From positions 28,449,790-28,513,789 of the forward strand of contig NC_090379.1 in assembly GCF_036365525.1 (NCBI RefSeq): a stretch of DNA of 64,000 nt, given 5' to 3'. Below are positions 61,589-64,000 of this stretch, in pieces. The position numbers and the translations under genes are program-made. Positions within the stretch are counted from its first letter, which is position 1, and every line of letters starts with the position of its first letter. This DNA comes from Heterodontus francisci (taxonomy: Eukaryota). A model generated the notes under the pieces. It worked only from the letters and a program-made list of their open reading frames with translations. It was not told the origin of the DNA and searched no databases.

Positions 61589-62430
61589 TGTTTCGACCAG
61601 GTGAGAAAAGTGTCTAGGGGTCCCTCTCAGCCTTCACCTGGTCTTCCAGGGTTTAATTTGAAACACATCATGTTTTGAGCTTCCCCATGGTGAATCCTTG
61701 TTCACCACTTTCCAATTATAAGGCAAAGAAATGAGCACAAACAGGCTTTCTTAGGTTTAAAGAAGAAAAGTGAAATTTATTAAACTTAACTTAAACTCTA
61801 ATTCGCTTAATGCCTACGGATAAACGACATGCCCATGCTAGCATGCATACGCAATAGGCATGTGCAGATAGGGACAGAAAAGAGCAGAAGAAAGATAAAG
61901 TGGAAAGGTTTGAGGTAACATCTGAAGAGTTTGTTACGGTTCTTCGAGATCACGATAGAGTCCTTGCTTGTAGGTAATTCTTGCTTTTCGTTGGGGCCCA
62001 GTATTCTTCTTAAACCTTGTTCACTGTAGGAGACTTTTCTCTCTTGGGCTTCATGTGTCTTCAATGGATTCTGAAGCTGGTGAGAAAGAGATGGGAGCAG
62101 ACAGGAGAGAGATGTTCTCAGTCCAGGAACCAGGAGCTTTCTGTCTTTGAACACTGTTTCTCCAATTTAAAACTCTCAGATCAAAACTCTGCAACAGCCA
62201 GTTCATCATGTGACTAAACTAGTCTGACCACATCTGTTCTGTGTATTGGGAGCAGGGGCTGGTCCTATGTTCCAAGCAGTGTCTGCTTCTATGCAAAAAA
62301 TGTCCTTCCGCCCATGCCTGGCAATTCCTTGTATCAGGCCTTCTCTTCTTCTCAGCAACAATTTGAAACTTAATGTCCATGTGGCGAAATTAATGTGCCT
62401 CATTCTTGGCAGGTGGGGGCCTGCATGGCA
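61589..62430 (-). mobile_element. Solo LTR inserted in a minus-strand CR1 fragment
   Basis: Reverse complement of the 56157-57002 family; 4-bp TSD ATAT/ATAC. Confidence 0.82.
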
Positions 62431-62519
62431 ATACCTGTATCCCTTTGTTCCTGCGGCCCCTTTAAAATTGTACCATTTAGTTTACATTGCCTCTCCTCAT
62501 CCTTCCTACTAAAATGTAT

Positions 62520-64000
62520 CATGGATCAGTTCTCCATATCAAGAAATCTTACAGACTAGACTGGAACTTCCTGATCTCACTGCTGATTCCATTCCAGTAG
62601 AGCTTTGGGAAAACATCAAAGCTGCAGTGCTGGATACTTCCAACGAGGTCATTGGACCTAGCACCAAGAAGAATCGTCAAGCATGCAGCACCCTTCAATG
62701 TAAACTGAGGAACATCCAAAATGACTGGTGGATTGCACTAGCAGAAAAAACTCAACTGTACGCTGATACTGGCGATATGAGAAGTTTCTATGAAGCACTG
62801 AAATCTGTCCAGAGGACATAAAGGGGCTACAAAGTGATATAAATATATTAGGTAAGTGGGCAAAGACCTGGCAAATGGAGTATAATGTGGAAAAGTATGA
62901 AATTGTCCACTTTGGCAGAAAGAATAAAAAAGAAGCATATTATCTAAATGGTGAGAGATTGCAGAGCTCTGAGATGCAGAGGGAACTGGGTGTCCAATGC
63001 ATGAATCACAAAAGGTTAGTATGCAGGTACAGCACGTAATTAGGAAAGCTAATAGAATGTTATTGTTTATCACAAGGGGAATTGAATACAAAAATAGGGA
63101 GGTTATGCTTCAGCTATACAGGGCATTGGTGAGATGACATCTGGAGTACTGTGTTCAGTACTGGTCTCCTTATTTAAGGAAGGATGTAAATGTGTTGGAG
63201 ACAATACAGAAAAAAATTATCAGACCAGTACCTGGAATGGGCGGGCTGTCTTATGAGGAAAGATTGGACAGGCTAGGCTTGTATCTGCTGGAGTTTAGAA
63301 GAGTAAGAGGCAACTTGATTGGAACATATAAGATTCTAAGGGGTCTTGACAGGGTGGATGTGGAAAGGACATTTCCCCTTGTGGGAGAATCTAGAACTAG
63401 GGGTCACTGTTTAAAAATAAGAGTTCACCCATTTAAGACAAAGATGAGGAGAAATTATTTCTCTCAGTGGGTCATGATTCTTTGGAACGCTCTTCCTCAA
63501 AAGGTGGTAGAAGCAGAGTTTTGAATATTTTTAAGGCAGAGGTTATATATATTCTTGATAAGCAAAGGGGTGACAGGTTATCAGGGGTAGATGGAAATGT
63601 GGAGTAATCAGTTCAGCCATGAACTTATTGAATGGCGGAGTAGACTCGAGGGGCCGAGTGGCCTACTCCTGCTCCTAATTCGTATGGTCGTATGTTCGTA
63701 TGTCTATGGACCAGCACATCAAACCCAAAGCCCCTTGAGGAGCGCCGATAGCAAGACCCTATACACAAGGAGTCAGTCCTGAATCGCTGGTTGGAGCATT
63801 TTGAAACTCTCTTCAGTGCCAAGTGCACAGTGTATGATAGTGCCATCAATCGCATCCAACAACAGTCTGTCAAAGAAGAACTGGATGAAACCCCAACTCT
63901 GGAGGAAACTGTGACAGCCGTCAACCAGATGAAGAACAACAAAGCTCCTGGAGCCGATGGAATTCCATCCAAAGCCTTGAAGCATGGTGGCCCTGCCCTA
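62520..64000 (+). mobile_element. Second RTE family fragment (62520-62809 plus 63705-64000) interrupted by a CR1 (62810-63704)
   Basis: YADTGDMRSFYEALKSV|YGPAHQTQSPLRSAD..RWLEHF..KAPGADGIP; CR1 with (TATGTTCG)-type tail in between. Confidence 0.85.

Noticed and set aside
56157-62430. Single provirus bounded by the two LTRs
   Set aside because: The LTRs are inverted, there is no PBS/PPT or gag-pol between them, and the right LTR has its own TSD.

Overview
Eukaryotic, transposon-saturated DNA with no host gene that I can support. The repeat set (HE1-type V-SINEs, SacSINE1-type DeuSINEs, many CR1 families) points to a cartilaginous fish, probably a shark (inference). Contents: one full-length two-ORF CR1 with 53-bp 5' monomers plus many CR1 fragments; a young RTE LINE with a TSD and one nonsense codon; Penelope-like fragments carrying minimal hammerhead ribozymes; Harbinger remnants; a decayed Gypsy; solo LTRs; and an LTR element (12127-16713) with a tRNA-Ser PBS, splice signals and an env-like remnant. 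The most striking feature is a ~3.3 kb single-ORF EN+RT LINE (7461-10744) that begins with a tRNA-Thr-like Pol III promoter and, by my visual scan, has no TTTT terminator on its sense strand. A head+tail SINE derivative of it lies at 51120-51511. Together they suggest a Pol III-transcribed autonomous LINE with its own SINE. All coordinates were read by eye; no database searches were run.
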